Source: Lophium mytilinum (lineage: Eukaryota). From it: a DNA stretch of 64,000 bases. The translations under genes were made by a program, and so were the position numbers. Shown piece by piece: positions 11,438 to 23,870 of the stretch. The stretch covers positions 441,834-505,833 of the forward strand of contig MU004189.1 of the NCBI GenBank assembly GCA_010093605.1. The letters run 5' to 3'. How positions within the stretch are numbered: position 1 is the stretch's first letter; every line of letters begins with the position of its first letter. The notes under the pieces are model-generated. The model searched no databases, was not told the DNA's origin, and saw only the letters and a program-made list of their open reading frames with translations.

Positions 11438-13054
11438 TGTTCAAGATCGAAAGGGAGGTTGTGGAGTGTTGACATGGGACAACATTGGAGGTGCTTACAT
11501 GGGGATGTGTGATCTGCCAGATTCGGAGGAGAAAGAATGCTGGTGCTTGAGCACCATATCGCGGTCGCGAGAGCTTTCCCTGTCGATGGAACTCATCGTG
11601 TAGGGTTGCTGGTATTTGGGAGAGAGATGGGTATCGGAATGCGCGGTGGAATGGAACGGCTAAAGCTGAGCGTGCTTAGATCAATTGCATTATACAATAG
11701 TACTCTGCAAGCTTCAGCGATCCAGCGCGTGCGAGAGCCAAAAGAAGTGTGTTCTGGTATGTATGAGAGTGTGGGAGTGAGGATGGTAGAGCGGTGTTGG
11801 TGACATGGGGGGAGCTCGGATGTTGTTGTGTTTTCGTAAACAAAGATCGCTGCGCACGGACCGATTGCAGCCTCACGCCAGCCCATCAGCGCTCTCCACG
11901 TTTGAGCAGACGTCCTAAAGCTCTTGGACTCGATAGACCATGCGTCTAATGCTCCTAGAATGGCAGAATAGGTGCCAGCAACCGTTTGCCTACTTAAAGT
12001 GTATACTATTTGGCCCTCATGGTGCTTCAGCGGCTCGAGGCAATGGCAAACGCATTTCACACGCGCACAGATTGCACCAAAAGTCTTGCTTTCGAGAGAG
12101 AACTCTCTTCATAATGTAGTACTTTGAATGGAGGGAAACCCTTCTCGGGTCAAAACTCTCCTAGATATCCAACTGTATTGACCAAAATCCCATCACCCTC
12201 TGACGATCCAATTCCGCCTAAGTATCTGTGAACACGCTGCCTCGAAAGAGTGACAAAGGGTGGGAATACATGGCCGGGGAAGGGTCTAGATGACATAGTC
12301 TACAAGGGTCGGCTATGCCCTACCCTACATATACAAATATGTGGTGATACAAAAATGCAGAGGATGAGATCTTGGGGGTGGTAGGAGTGGACGGCCCGAG
12401 GGCCAAAGAAGAGAAGAGAGACGGGGTGCAGAGGGATTTATGTACTTCTCGCTGAGTGCGATGTGTCAGCAAGAAGAATTTAGTACCATGGTAAGGTGTG
12501 TACGCATGGGCGAGATCGTGTGAAGATTGTAGAGCAGAACCGTGATATGGGCTTTGGAAATGCGAGCCAAAATGTTGCAACGAATCTGAGTCTGCGTATT
12601 CACACCGGCAATACGGCAGCATACGTGGCCTAACTCGCATTGATGTTATGCCTGCTGCAACTGTTACCATGACTTACATTGTTCACATTTTGGTCATTTA
12701 GTGCAGGCCAAACAGTGGCCTAATCTGTCCTAAATCTTGACATCTCAACATTACCACTATAGTGACCCAGGCAGGTGTAGCACCTTGCTAAAGGCCAAAT
12801 CCCAGCCTAATGGGCACTCAATCAAGTGCAGACTTTGTGAAGACTTCTCGTCACATCAAAGCATCGAAAATAGAAGTAATAATGTACACAGACTCATGTC
12901 TTATTATTCATTCGCGCGTAATATATATATATACAGATCATGTCCATGGGATCAAGAAAGCTCGCGCTGAGGCCTTTCTGTCCAAAATGAAACCCAAATA
13001 CTCCGATCGCTGATGCAAGAACCGTACCCAAAATGCTGAAGCTAACCCGAGTCC

Positions 13055-14555
13055 TTATAGTAGGAGGGCACAGCTGAGGACCGCTAAAATCGCAAAAAGG
13101 CTCCAGTTCAGAAGAACATGGGAGGTATCGCCGGTATGACTCGCAGAAGGGGTCGCAGAAACGGACGCAGACGGACCGCTCTCGATCGTCGCAGTGACAG
13201 AAGAAGCCACCGCATTGTTCTCCAAAACGTTAGTATAAGGAGTAGCACCAGGAGCCGACGGCGTGATCAAGAAACCGCGCCAATCGTATGACTTAGGTGC
13301 GATAGTGTACCCAGCAGGCACCGTCATAAGGGTGGTAAAGCCTTGCTGGTCATAGGCTGTAATTACCTTAGAGGCGCCCGCCGAGGGCAAAGCCTGCTGC
13401 GACACTACAGAAGACAGCGTAGAGGAAGCGTGTGGGGATGTCGACTGGGAGATTGTCAGTAATGTATAGATAACAAGAAATCAGAACGCTCTTACTCACA
13501 GGCGCCGAGCTAGGGGGGACGACTTTGCCTGAACTCGAGACAGTCCACCCGCTCGGGAGTCCGGGAAGAGTGGTGTATGACACTGTCGCCGTCGACATGG
13601 TGGTCGCTTCTGGGACCCAGGGGTAGACAGAGGGGGTGGTGAATTCGGAGGATGATTTGGGGATGAATGGGATTGGCTGGCCACTTGAGGAAGATGTGAC
13701 AGCTGGTGCAGCAGACTCAATAGGAGACCCGCCTCCGTTGTTGATCTTTCCGCCGACAGAAACGATGGATTGCCAAGTGCCGCTGGTGTCACCGTACTTG
13801 TACTGGGTGCCCGTGGAGTAGTCGCTGACTGAGAGAGACTTGACTTGCATCGTGAATGGTCCCTTGGAGTAGTCGGTAGGTCCGCGAGCCCACTCGATGG
13901 TTCCCGGAGCGTTCGAAGGGTCGCCACCGCTCCATGCGCCAATCTTGATTTGCATAGGCGTTTGGGGGTAGAGGTTACCTGAGCCGGTAGCGATATCTGG
14001 AGTCAAAGTTCGCACGGGGTTGTCGTCGATTGACCAGACAATCTGGGTTGAGGTCCATTCAATTGAGTATTTGATGAACTCGGCCTGGTTACCGGTGTTT
14101 GGATGGAATGCGCCGCGGTTGTAGGTTGTTGTCTGTCCCTTGCCGAAGTAGTTGGTCTGAACTTGTGTAGAGTCGGCTCCTAGCCACTCCCAATCGATTT
14201 CGTCGAGGTCGTCAGATTGCATGACGAAGCTGCTAACAATGCCAGCCCCCGGAGCGGCTTTCAGAGTGACCTCGACCTTTCCAAACATGATGTACCATTT
14301 CGAGGTCAATTGTGGGGAGTCGCCGGACTTTGCAACGGTGAAAGAGGCGCCATTCGAGTCGTATGTGACGGTGCCTGACGGTGCGAAGCTGTCGGAGGCG
14401 CTGGAGAAGTCGATGTTCACGCTGCGGCCGAGTGCGGAGTCGTCAGGACACTGACCGGCGGTGGGATTGCAGGTGGTGTAGGTTTGCGCGGAGGCAGGTA
14501 GGATGTGGAGGGCTGCTGCCGCAAAAGCAGCGAGCACTGATGTGGTTGTCCGCAT
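13055..14555 (-). CDS. CRH1: GH16 CRH-family cell-wall transglycosylase with signal peptide, Ser/Thr stalk and GPI-type tail; one intron 13499-13445
   Basis: Signal peptide MRTTTSVLAAFAAAALHILPASA followed by QTYTTCNP. GH16 catalytic motif DLDEIDWEW, plus QTNYFGKG and PQTPMQIKIGAW. The intron GTGAGT..CTGAC..CAG joins the 13055-13405 ORF, which ends in a hydrophobic tail. Confidence 0.92.
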
Positions 14556-15496
14556 AATGGATGCCGAGTGGATGTGAGGAGGATGGAGTTGATGTAGTCG
14601 GCCGCGGGGATGCAAGCGGAGGACTGGCTCGCAAGGAAGTGGAGGATGTAAGCGGAAGTATGTGAAGGGGAGACAAGTAGATGTCACGAGGGGGAGGCCG
14701 TGGTGAATCTATAAGAAGTCTGGTAGTTGAGTGGTAAGAATGCACAGAGAAGAGTGAGATGGTTTGATGTGATGGGTGGGAGGAGAGCCGGGAAGCTGCA
14801 GTAGTTAAGAAGGCACGACACCAGCCATCGTATTAAGAATTGAGGGGGCATGGGCTGATGGTTGTTAGTGCGCCAGTGTGGCAAGTCAGATGGAGGCATC
14901 GTGTTGGCTGCCAAAGCACGAGGTTGGGGTGGTTGCATCGTATCGTGAATGAATGTGATGCGCCGGAAAGTCGAGTGGCTAGTTAGCGCGAGGCTGGGAA
15001 CTCCACCCCCGGGCCCTGACGATCGCCGAGGCCGTTCCAGCCGGGGAGTGCTGGTAATAATAGCACGGCTCTCTTTATTGATTGCGCGTTTAGCTGCACA
15101 GGTGCGGGACGATGATGAGGCATCAAAGAAGGGTGATGGTGCCCACGTGAAGGTGGAAAGGGGGACCTCCCGGAGGTCGCAGTGCACCATGGGTGTGGCG
15201 TCGAGAGCGTCCCAGCCACTTGAGCGCCAGGCCGAGATCGCACATCGCGGACCCTGCCAAGGTGCATCAAAGAGCCTCCAAGGCAAAATTTATTTTCGGA
15301 AACAAGCCAGCCTGATCGTGGCCGTCGGTGACCTTGTGCAGGGTGTTGTTCGCATCTCTTTCTGTCGAATTTATTGCAGTATCGCGGGCCGGTGCAGCCA
15401 TCGCAAGCCTTTTTTCTGAGTCACGCTCCACGGCAAACATCACCACCACGAGAGACTCTCACCACCTCGTCTTGCCACTCCACTAATCCCACTACA

Positions 15497-17129
15497 ATGT
15501 CTCTCACAAACGCGACTCCGCAAGAGGTCGCCCGCGCGGCACGGTTGGGATCTCGAAAACTCGCGATCCTTTCCACTGACGCTCGCAATGCTGCCTTAAT
15601 TGCCATGCATGCGGGTTTGTCGTCCGCCAAAGATGATATTCTGGCCGCAAACAAGTTGGACCTGGAGGCCGCCAATAAAGCCGCCGAGAGTGGAAAGCTA
15701 AGTCAAAGCCTTGTCAAGCGGCTAGATCTGGGCAAGCCCGGAAAATATGAGGACATGCTGCAGGGTATCCTCGATGTGTGCGAGCTGGAGGATCCGAGTA
15801 TGTAAACCCCAATCAGGAAGAGTCATATGTCCAATATCACGTCTATCAATACCTTGTGTCTCTCGATTGTTCGTTGATGTCGTCTTGTCTTGTTCATCCC
15901 TGGGAGTGTGGTGTCTGATGTGTCATTAGTTGGCAAGATCAATCTACGGACAATCCTCGACGATGGTCTCATCCTGGAACGGAAGACGTCTCCAATTGGT
16001 GTTCTGTTGATAATCTTCGAAGCCCGTCCAGAGGTCATCGCAAACATTGCCTCCTTGGCCATCAAATCAGGAAATGCTGCAATTCTAAAAGGTAAGTCTA
16101 GATCATTTCAAAATATACTATACATTGAACTTCTTGAAATCAACTATTTACTGAACGTTTATAGGCGGCAAAGAGTCCACCGAGTCCTTCAAAGCCATCT
16201 CATCCGTCATCTCCAAAGCGCTCCAATCAACCGACGTCCCCTCCGACTGCCTCCAACTCGTGCAAACCCACGATGTCATCAGCGACCTCCTGAAACTAGA
16301 CCAGTACATCGACCTCGTCATCCCCCGCGGCGGCAACAAGCTTGTCCGCACCGTCAAAGACAGCACCGCCATCCCCGTCCTCGGCCACGCCGACGGCATC
16401 TGCAGCATCTACCTCCGCGCCGACTGCCCCATCCCCATCGCCGTCCGCGTCATCGTCGACGCAAAAGCCAGCTACCCCGCCGGCTGCAACGCCGTCGAGA
16501 CCCTCCTCGTCGACGAAAACGCGCTGCAAACCGTGCTTCCGCCAGTCGCAGAAGCGCTCCTAGCCCGCGGCGTCTCGCTGCGGTGTGACGCCGTATCCAA
16601 AGCCGCTCTCTCGTCTGCGTTGGAGAAGCACTCCGCCATCCTGCTCCAAGACGCCACAGACGCGGACTACAGCACCGAGTTCCTCGACCTCATCATAGCT
16701 ATCAAGACTGTTCCGACCCAACCAACCCCTGAAGCAGCCGCCGATATCGCTATATCCCACATCAACGACCACTCTTCCCACCACACCGACGCCATCTTGA
16801 CACTCGACCGCGCGCTTGCTACGCGATTTCAGGACGGGGTCGACAGCTCGTCGGTGTACTGGAACACGAGCACGCGTATGGCCGATGGGCAGCGCTACGG
16901 CTTCGGCACCGAGGTCGGCATTAGCACGAACAAGATCCATTCTAGGGGTCCGGTTGGGCTGGAGGGGCTGACGATCTACCGGTGGCTGATTCATGGGGAG
17001 GGGCAGGTGAGCACGGATTATGGCGCTGGCGGGGGGAAGAAGTTCAGGCATGAGAGTGTGCCGGTGGAGGAGGGGATGGCGCGGAATGAGGAGGAGTTGG
17101 AGTTGTTGAGGAAATTTAGGAATCGGTAG
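15497..17129 (+). CDS. PRO2: Gamma-glutamyl phosphate reductase (glutamate-5-semialdehyde dehydrogenase), 2 introns
   Basis: Motifs [62 protein letters not shown] and [24 protein letters not shown]. Confidence 0.96.
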
Positions 17130-17991
17130 GCTGGGTTGTAGGATAGAGACGGAGGATTAAACATTGGTGTGAAAATCGAGGCGTTGGGATTGTTTGTTTG
17201 CGTGTGTGGTGATGTGGGCGGGTGGCTTCGGGGTGTTGTTGACAGAGCTAAAAGCATGAGAATGAGGTGACGATTTGGAACTTCCAAATCTTTACGTTCG
17301 TTGCACAAAAAGATAAATCATTCAGTGGACCTTCAGCAGGTAAACACCACTGTCATATCTGCAATGACAGGATGGTGATTCTGACCCGAGATTCAAACTT
17401 GTGATGTGGTAAGAAGTATATCAGAGCTTGGAATTCGGTAAACTGTGAGACATCGAGAAGCGTGAAATGGGAGCCAGTCCGCCTGATTTGACCCCTCTGT
17501 TCGCATGCTATTAACAAGACGTGTCAATCGACCCGTACTTCTTATGCGTTAAAAGATGTGCCCAATACAGCGACAGGTTGGAAGGCTTTGCAGACTCGTT
17601 CACCACTGCTTGGGGTGTCCCCCCACGGGATTTAGATATCCTAGGCGCGATGCTACGTCTCAAGCAGTCCAGATTAGACTACATCTTGCCCAGTGAGCTA
17701 CTTGAAGCTCGGGGTACCCCTCACAGTAGTGTCGAGTGAGCAAGACTGGAGTCAAATAGTGATGATTCTGTGTGCCGGGACTTTTGACATGGTACCACAC
17801 ATACACGGAAGGGATTCCTAGGCAGTCAAATTCGTGTCTGAAAACACATTACATATTTATCGAGCCCCAATCACAACACTTTTCAATCTTCCTGCCTCTA
17901 TATACAATATCAGCTCCACCTCGACACCCCTTTGCACGCACCCCCCAGCCCTCTTCAGAGAGTCCCGAGCCTCTCAGCAGCCCACCAAAAC

Positions 17992-18875
17992 TCACAATCC
18001 CAGCTTCTGCTTCTTAACCCTCGGCAACAATCCCGCCAACGTAATCACACCCGCCACAATCACCGCCCAAAGCTGGATACCCAGTATCGTCTGGTTGTAC
18101 GTCGTCTGCGTCGCCGCAGCCACCGTCGCCAGCCCCGCCGTGAGTATCACATACCCGGACGCGCGGTGGTACTTGTACACCTTCTTCGCGTTCTCCACGC
18201 CGCCGTATAGCTTCGGGGTGAAGTACTGCGTGAAGCCCACCAGCGCTTGCAGCAGGAAGAGGATGTAGGTGACTAGCCCGAGGATCGCATGGGGCGACTG
18301 CAGGTTTCCGCCGTGGCCGAGCTTGTTGCGCTCGATTACGATGAGGCCGGCGAGCAGGGAGGCGACGGATAGGAGATGTAGGACGGCGTGAATGTAAGTG
18401 CCGTGGCGCTTTTGGTCGGGGGTGTGGGTCGGTTGGAGGATGAGGGCGGCTTGGGTTGCGAGGAGGAGACCGGCGGAATTAAGGAGCTGGGATGATTAGT
18501 CTAGAAGGAAGGAAGAGGGTGGGAGACGTACTGGGTGGGCGGAGAAGAAGATGAGGGGGTGAGAGAAGATGGCGCCCCATACTATAGCTGCGAGCTAGAG
18601 GACTGATGTTAGGATTGTTTGTATTCTTCAGTTATTTTGAGCTTACGATCCAGATGCCTGCTTGAGCGACGACGCCGGTGCCTTCGAATCATACTGTTAG
18701 TCTCAGCTCATGCAAGTTTTGAGAGAATGGGTATCTCACCAATCCATAGGTTGGCCCACAGCGGCTTCCCGTCCTCCTGCTTGACATCGCCGGGTCTCCC
18801 CAGCAGCGGCTCTTCCTCGCCGCGGCCAAGGAGCGTCTCCGGGTTCTGGTCTGGAATGCCGGTTGAAGATGCCAT
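17992..18875 (-). CDS. Cytochrome b561-family membrane protein, 3 introns
   Basis: The spliced product has hydrophobic helices with heme-ligand-type His motifs FFSAHP, YIHAVLH, SPHAILG and YKYHRASGY. Introns are canonical (GTGAGA, GTAAGC, GTACGT donors; CTAAC/CTAAT branch sites). Confidence 0.85.
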
Positions 18876-21800
18876 TATTATGTGAAGTCGTGCCGTCAAA
18901 ATGAGGGTTATTCAAGCTTTTCGGGAGGTTTGAGGCGAGGAACGCAGTCCGGAAGGCGGGGTTTTAGAGTGAGGTGGGTTTGTCAACAGAGCTTAGACTG
19001 ACGACATTCTGGGATCCTGGAACGCTGTGGCCAATCAGAGTGTAGGGATTTGAATGCTTGACGGTCGAGTTCCGTGAGGTGATGTTTCTCAGAACAGTGG
19101 TATTAGACAGACTGCTACGTTAGTTGTCTAGGACCTCCAGATGTCGTCAGAAGGTATAGAGCACATGGAAATCTACATCCATCACCTGGGCAGCGTAACA
19201 GAGGCTAAAGCGTTAATATCCTTACAGTGCCTCGAATCTATGCATCTCCTCTACTGCTGCTGGAGGTGCCTCCGTAGGCTCACATAATTCTATATGCAAT
19301 GTAGCATTCAAAGTCGTGGAATTGGGCTGTCTCTTGACCCACTATTGACTACTCAGCTGGGCTACTCTTGGCAGTGGTGTTGAGCGAGCAAGAGTGGGGC
19401 CTGCCCAAAGGAATATCGTGTGCTGAAACTCACGACATCTAGAAATGATGTAGGATCGATGCAGCATGAATCAAGCTGCCTCTTGACTGCAGGTACCGAT
19501 GTCGGGGCTACTCCTGACGGTGGTGTTGAACAAGCAAGACTCGAGCTCACCTGGGCAAGCTCCGCTATTCGTGTACCCAGCCTTGTGGCGTAATACTCTA
19601 TGCCAGTTTGCGCGTTCGATATTGGGATACTACCTTATCTGTACACACTGTACATTATATATACATCGTTCGAGGAGCAGCAATAGAATGAAACAACTTC
19701 AGCCTATATCACCGCTTCGAGTGTTGATCGGAATCCTTCACGAAACAACTACCGGCGGCTTCGTAGGAAGAAGCTTTGACTGTCCCCTTCACCTGGGACG
19801 CTTAGTCCTCAAGTAGTGGCCCCATTGATACGAAAGACCATTTGATCTTATCGCTGGCGCCATACGAAGTGGGTATCCTATGTACCCCGTGATGCTAGGT
19901 CGCCAAATACGAAAATAATGCTCTTCAAGCCCCCTCTCACGATAGACCAGCATCGTGAGTGGGCTGAAAGACGTGTCTGAGTGGTCCAAGACGCGTTCTG
20001 CGGCGGCTGTCACGGCGAAACTAGAGAACATTCCGCCTGTCGTCCCAACGCGGACAGTATCACGCGGGGCCTCGGTGGTTAGGCCGTGGGACCGCGGGGG
20101 TCGATGCGTGCAAGATCACGATGGGCGGGGCATGGTGGTGACCGGGATAGGAGATTATGCTCTGATAGATCGCCGGAGCAGCCCTCTAGGCCGACAACAG
20201 AGGAAGACGACGCGGCAGCAACTGCAACAGAGGGCAATAATCCGTGGCAAGCGCGCGAGACAGGCTCACGGGATGGTACGTAGAGTATTGCCAGGCCTCG
20301 CGGGGAGCGAATCGCGGCGCCATCAGTGTCTCACGCACCTCTAGCGCGTATACGGCGAGCCCAAGCAGGCCTCGCAGGCCTCTCATGCCTCCTGCTGTCG
20401 TCGAGCTGGCATCACAGAGTCGAGACTGGACGTGCGGCTGGAGCTGGCCTGCACCGCTGGCCGGACGGGCCTCTCGCAGCGAACCGCACAGACGTGGAGC
20501 TCGTTCCATGTGGGGTTTTGGCTGTGGACGTCGACGATTCGGGCCCTGGATGTGCAAGTTGCAGCAGGCGTCACGGCGTCGTCCCGCGGCCGTTGAATCC
20601 GAGGGGCTCTCCGCTGCTGCATGCACGGCCAGCATGGATGGCCAGCCCGCGACGTGCAAGAAGGGCACTCGTTCGCACGGGCGGCGCGCGCAGGGGCCGG
20701 CGTGGGCGAGCCAGCGGAGGGCTCTGGGGCGTGATGTGACTTGGAGGCTGCAGGTGAAGGCCTGTGAGGCCGTCCTGAGGCCGCTGGGACGAGCACATCG
20801 CGAAACCGACGCGTCCAAGCCGACGAGGCGCCATGTCCAGCTCCTGGCCCTGCTCGCCGTCGTTCTCCACGCGAGGCCTGCGGGCAGCATGGCGATTGGG
20901 TTCCGGGCGGTGCAGCTGGGGAGAAAGCTGCAGCAAGCCTATCGTGCCCTCGACTCGCTGCTGTTTACTGGCGGTTTTCGAGGGCGTCTTGGTCAAGGCC
21001 CGGCCGTTCTTGCCTCGCTGGTGCTTCGAAGACATCGTGGCTTGGCGGCCCCAGTAGCGCCGCGACCCGCTCAAACTGCTGCCAGCGATCGCTGCTGCCG
21101 CCCACGCCCATCCCATCGTGCCATCTCCATCCTCAACGTCGTCCTCTTCTTCTCCCTCCACACTCGCCGCTGCATCCTCCCCCCTCCGCCATGCCGTGAA
21201 CGGGCGCCTGCTCTCACCCACCGTCTGCAGATTTTGATTGTCTTCTTGGAGCCCGCTTCGGAGAATTTTCCGGTCCATGGCCGCCTGACCGCGACTCGCT
21301 TCCTCTTCACCTGCTCGCCGCGACCACCCGCCTCCAACCACCGCGCAAACTCGTCAACACCGACAGCCAGCGCTGCACCGGCATGAACTGCTGCCAGACG
21401 TGCTCTAGCCCTGTCGAGAGCTGCTCCCTTTTTGGCTGACCCCGTTCTCTTCTGCGCACGAGCTGAGCCGCGCTGCACCAGCTCACGACTTTCGTTATCT
21501 CTTTGCGTCCTCGATCACGACCTCGAATCCACCATAATCTCCAATTGACGGCCTCGCGACACCGGCCCTAGACAGTCCCCTTACACGTAATCTCCTTTGT
21601 TTCCGTGCGACTCCTTGCACGCCGCCCTCGCCCTCGCCGTGAACCTGCGACCGCGCACACAACGACTTGCGCCCTCACGCACGTCGCAACAACTGCCCTG
21701 GCTTTGGACTCGTGCAAACCAGCGCAGCGTCTGTCGGGTCCTGTGCCGCGTCGAGTGCGCTAGGCCCACTGTGCGCGCGATTGGTGCGTGTCCCCCTTGC

Positions 21801-21917
21801 AGAGTCTGTAAATTTGGGATTAGCCCTACTTGGACCTCCAGCCATCAAGGGCTTTGAACGGCGTTGGATACAAATCTGGATCCTTGCTGCGGAAGCGTCT
21901 GCAGCCAGTGTGAAAAG

Positions 21918-23870
21918 ATGCCGCCAATACGCCCCCACCTCTCCATCACGCTGCCGCGCAGCTTCCAATTTCACTACACTGACGGCCAACCACCAAAGAC
22001 CCCAGAGCCCGAGGAGCGCGCAGAAAACACACAACCTCTAGAGCCTCCAGAGCCTCCTCGACAGACCTACCGTGTGCGCCGCCGACGTCGCACTGTTCTT
22101 CCGCCGTATGCCAGCCAACCCGACTATCAGCAAGAACTCTCTGAGAACCCCATACCCACGATTGAAGGCCCTGTTTGCACTAGCGATGACTTCTTAGGTC
22201 TCCCGGTACCATCGCCCGAGCCGGATGACGGATTCCTTGCTCCTGCGTCCTTTGCACGTTTAATGTCCCCACCAAAGACACCAGTGGGACAGCTACTGGG
22301 AGAATCGCGTAGTAGGCTGCATGATTGGGATCACATCGATAGTTTCAGCCGCGGTGACAGTATTAGCAGACCGTCATCTTCATGCTCTGGATTTTCGGAC
22401 TCTTCCGTCTCTTCACGCAATAGCCTTGAGTCTTTCCCGTCGTTTGGAGGCAGCTGTACCAGCCCTGAAAGCGATGCCCCGGATCCTTTCACTTATGAGC
22501 CTTCAAGCATGAAATACGACCGTCAATCATCGCCGCTGGACTCATACCAGCAACACACTGGCCAGCATATCCCGCACCGGAAGCCTGTCTGGACAGAAGA
22601 GTTAGACAACCACCTCTGGATGTCGTACATGCGCTATCTGCAAGACCCAACGGTAACGCCATTCAAAATGCTTCCAGGAACAGCACCGCCGCAGGGAGTC
22701 TGCCATCGAGTTGTACGAAACGCTAAGCAGACTTGGAAGGGTTCTCGAGTCCATCCAGCATCTAGCAGTCGATTCGTACCGCCTATAGGGGGCTCAGATT
22801 CTCCTGATACCATCAAGGCTCCCAAGAGCGGAAGTAACACACCGACCGGAATGAATGTTCCCAAAACCTATCCGAAATGGCCTAAATCAGATGCTCAGAG
22901 TCGAAAACGACTTCGCGCACTGTGCAAGCGGAAGCCGTCGCTATCGGCTCATTATCAACGGCTGCTGCATTGCAGATCTCCGTCGCCCTTCCCGTCTTCA
23001 CCACGTTCTAGCGTGGAGCCGGCTGGTGGCTTATCATCTCCTTTCAGCGAGCACATGGCTAGTTTCTCGACTCGTGACATGAACATCTCCCTTTCGACTA
23101 GTACGGCATCAACGATGCAGTACGGTGGTCCTCTTTCGCAGCTCACCAACGACACCACCCCACGACAGGAAGATTGGTTCAACCAACCCCCCGGACGTTC
23201 TTCCGCTCATCAGAAGAGCCAGTCCCTGCATCTCGGCCTCGGACTGAGTAACAATATGATGGGCTCGTCTTTCTCGTCAATGTCTCAGATCACCCGTGCG
23301 CCTGTCGCATCGTCCACGTTCGAGCCAGTGTCAGCGATGCCGCCGCCGTCGCTTCTACAGGCACCTCGATTGGCACCTCCAGTCGAGCTTCACGCACCTA
23401 ACCCGCTTCCACGATCATTCAAGCGCCGAGCCTTTCATCAACCCTCGGAGGAAGGAAGATATAGAAGGGATTCCAGAGTCCACGAAGCTCTTATTCAGGA
23501 TCTCTTCGGTGCTCCCGCCGACAGCAGCCATCGCCGCGTCCGTAGCCGTGGCTTCAGTCTAGGTGACATGGGTCAAGGTGCTCGACGCCTGTCCTCGATA
23601 TTCACGCCTCCTTCAGAGTTGCATCAAATGACTACCCAAGCGATGGTCGAGCCAGTTCTCACTCCCGAGTCGGTGATTCCACATCCGACAATTCGACTGG
23701 GCTCTCCTTTTGGGGGACGTTCGAGCAATGTACATTTCAACAACACATTTCCTCGTAACTTCACGCCACACGGATTCGAACCTGTCACCTCCTTTGAAGA
23801 CCGTCTCGGTGAAACATCGGGTGGCTCTTTGTACTCGAACTCGAAAGACGAGATGCAGACTCAGAATTAG
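21918..23870 (+). CDS. Ser/Pro-rich, largely disordered fungal protein (~650 aa) with one ordered-looking block (WTEELDNHLWMSYMRYLQDPTVTPFK...WPKSDAQSRKRLRALCK); function unknown
   Basis: Intronless 1.95-kb ORF starting MPPIRPHL, preceded by a long pyrimidine/GC-rich upstream region. Confidence 0.85.
   Translation: MPPIRPHLSITLPRSFQFHYTDGQPPKTPEPEERAENTQPLEPPEPPRQTYRVRRRRRTVLPPYASQPDYQQELSENPIPTIEGPVCTSDDFLGLPVPSPEPDDGFLAPASFARLMSPPKTPVGQLLGESRSRLHDWDHIDSFSRGDSISRPSSSCSGFSDSSVSSRNSLESFPSFGGSCTSPESDAPDPFTYEPSSMKYDRQSSPLDSYQQHTGQHIPHRKPVWTEELDNHLWMSYMRYLQDPTVTPFKMLPGTAPPQGVCHRVVRNAKQTWKGSRVHPASSSRFVPPIGGSDSPDTIKAPKSGSNTPTGMNVPKTYPKWPKSDAQSRKRLRALCKRKPSLSAHYQRLLHCRSPSPFPSSPRSSVEPAGGLSSPFSEHMASFSTRDMNISLSTSTASTMQYGGPLSQLTNDTTPRQEDWFNQPPGRSSAHQKSQSLHLGLGLSNNMMGSSFSSMSQITRAPVASSTFEPVSAMPPPSLLQAPRLAPPVELHAPNPLPRSFKRRAFHQPSEEGRYRRDSRVHEALIQDLFGAPADSSHRRVRSRGFSLGDMGQGARRLSSIFTPPSELHQMTTQAMVEPVLTPESVIPHPTIRLGSPFGGRSSNVHFNNTFPRNFTPHGFEPVTSFEDRLGETSGGSLYSNSKDEMQTQN

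Noticed and set aside
4430..11603. Plus-strand ORFs within the 2298-aa gene
   Set aside because: They are antisense shadows produced by codon bias of the real minus-strand CDS.
15799..15929. Possible intronic snoRNA in the long first PRO2 intron
   Set aside because: A CTGA is present near the 3' end, but there is no proper box C (RTGATGA) or terminal stem.
20186..21478. 234-380-aa ORFs upstream of the 21918 gene
   Set aside because: They are GC-driven, overlap on both strands and have no domain-like composition.
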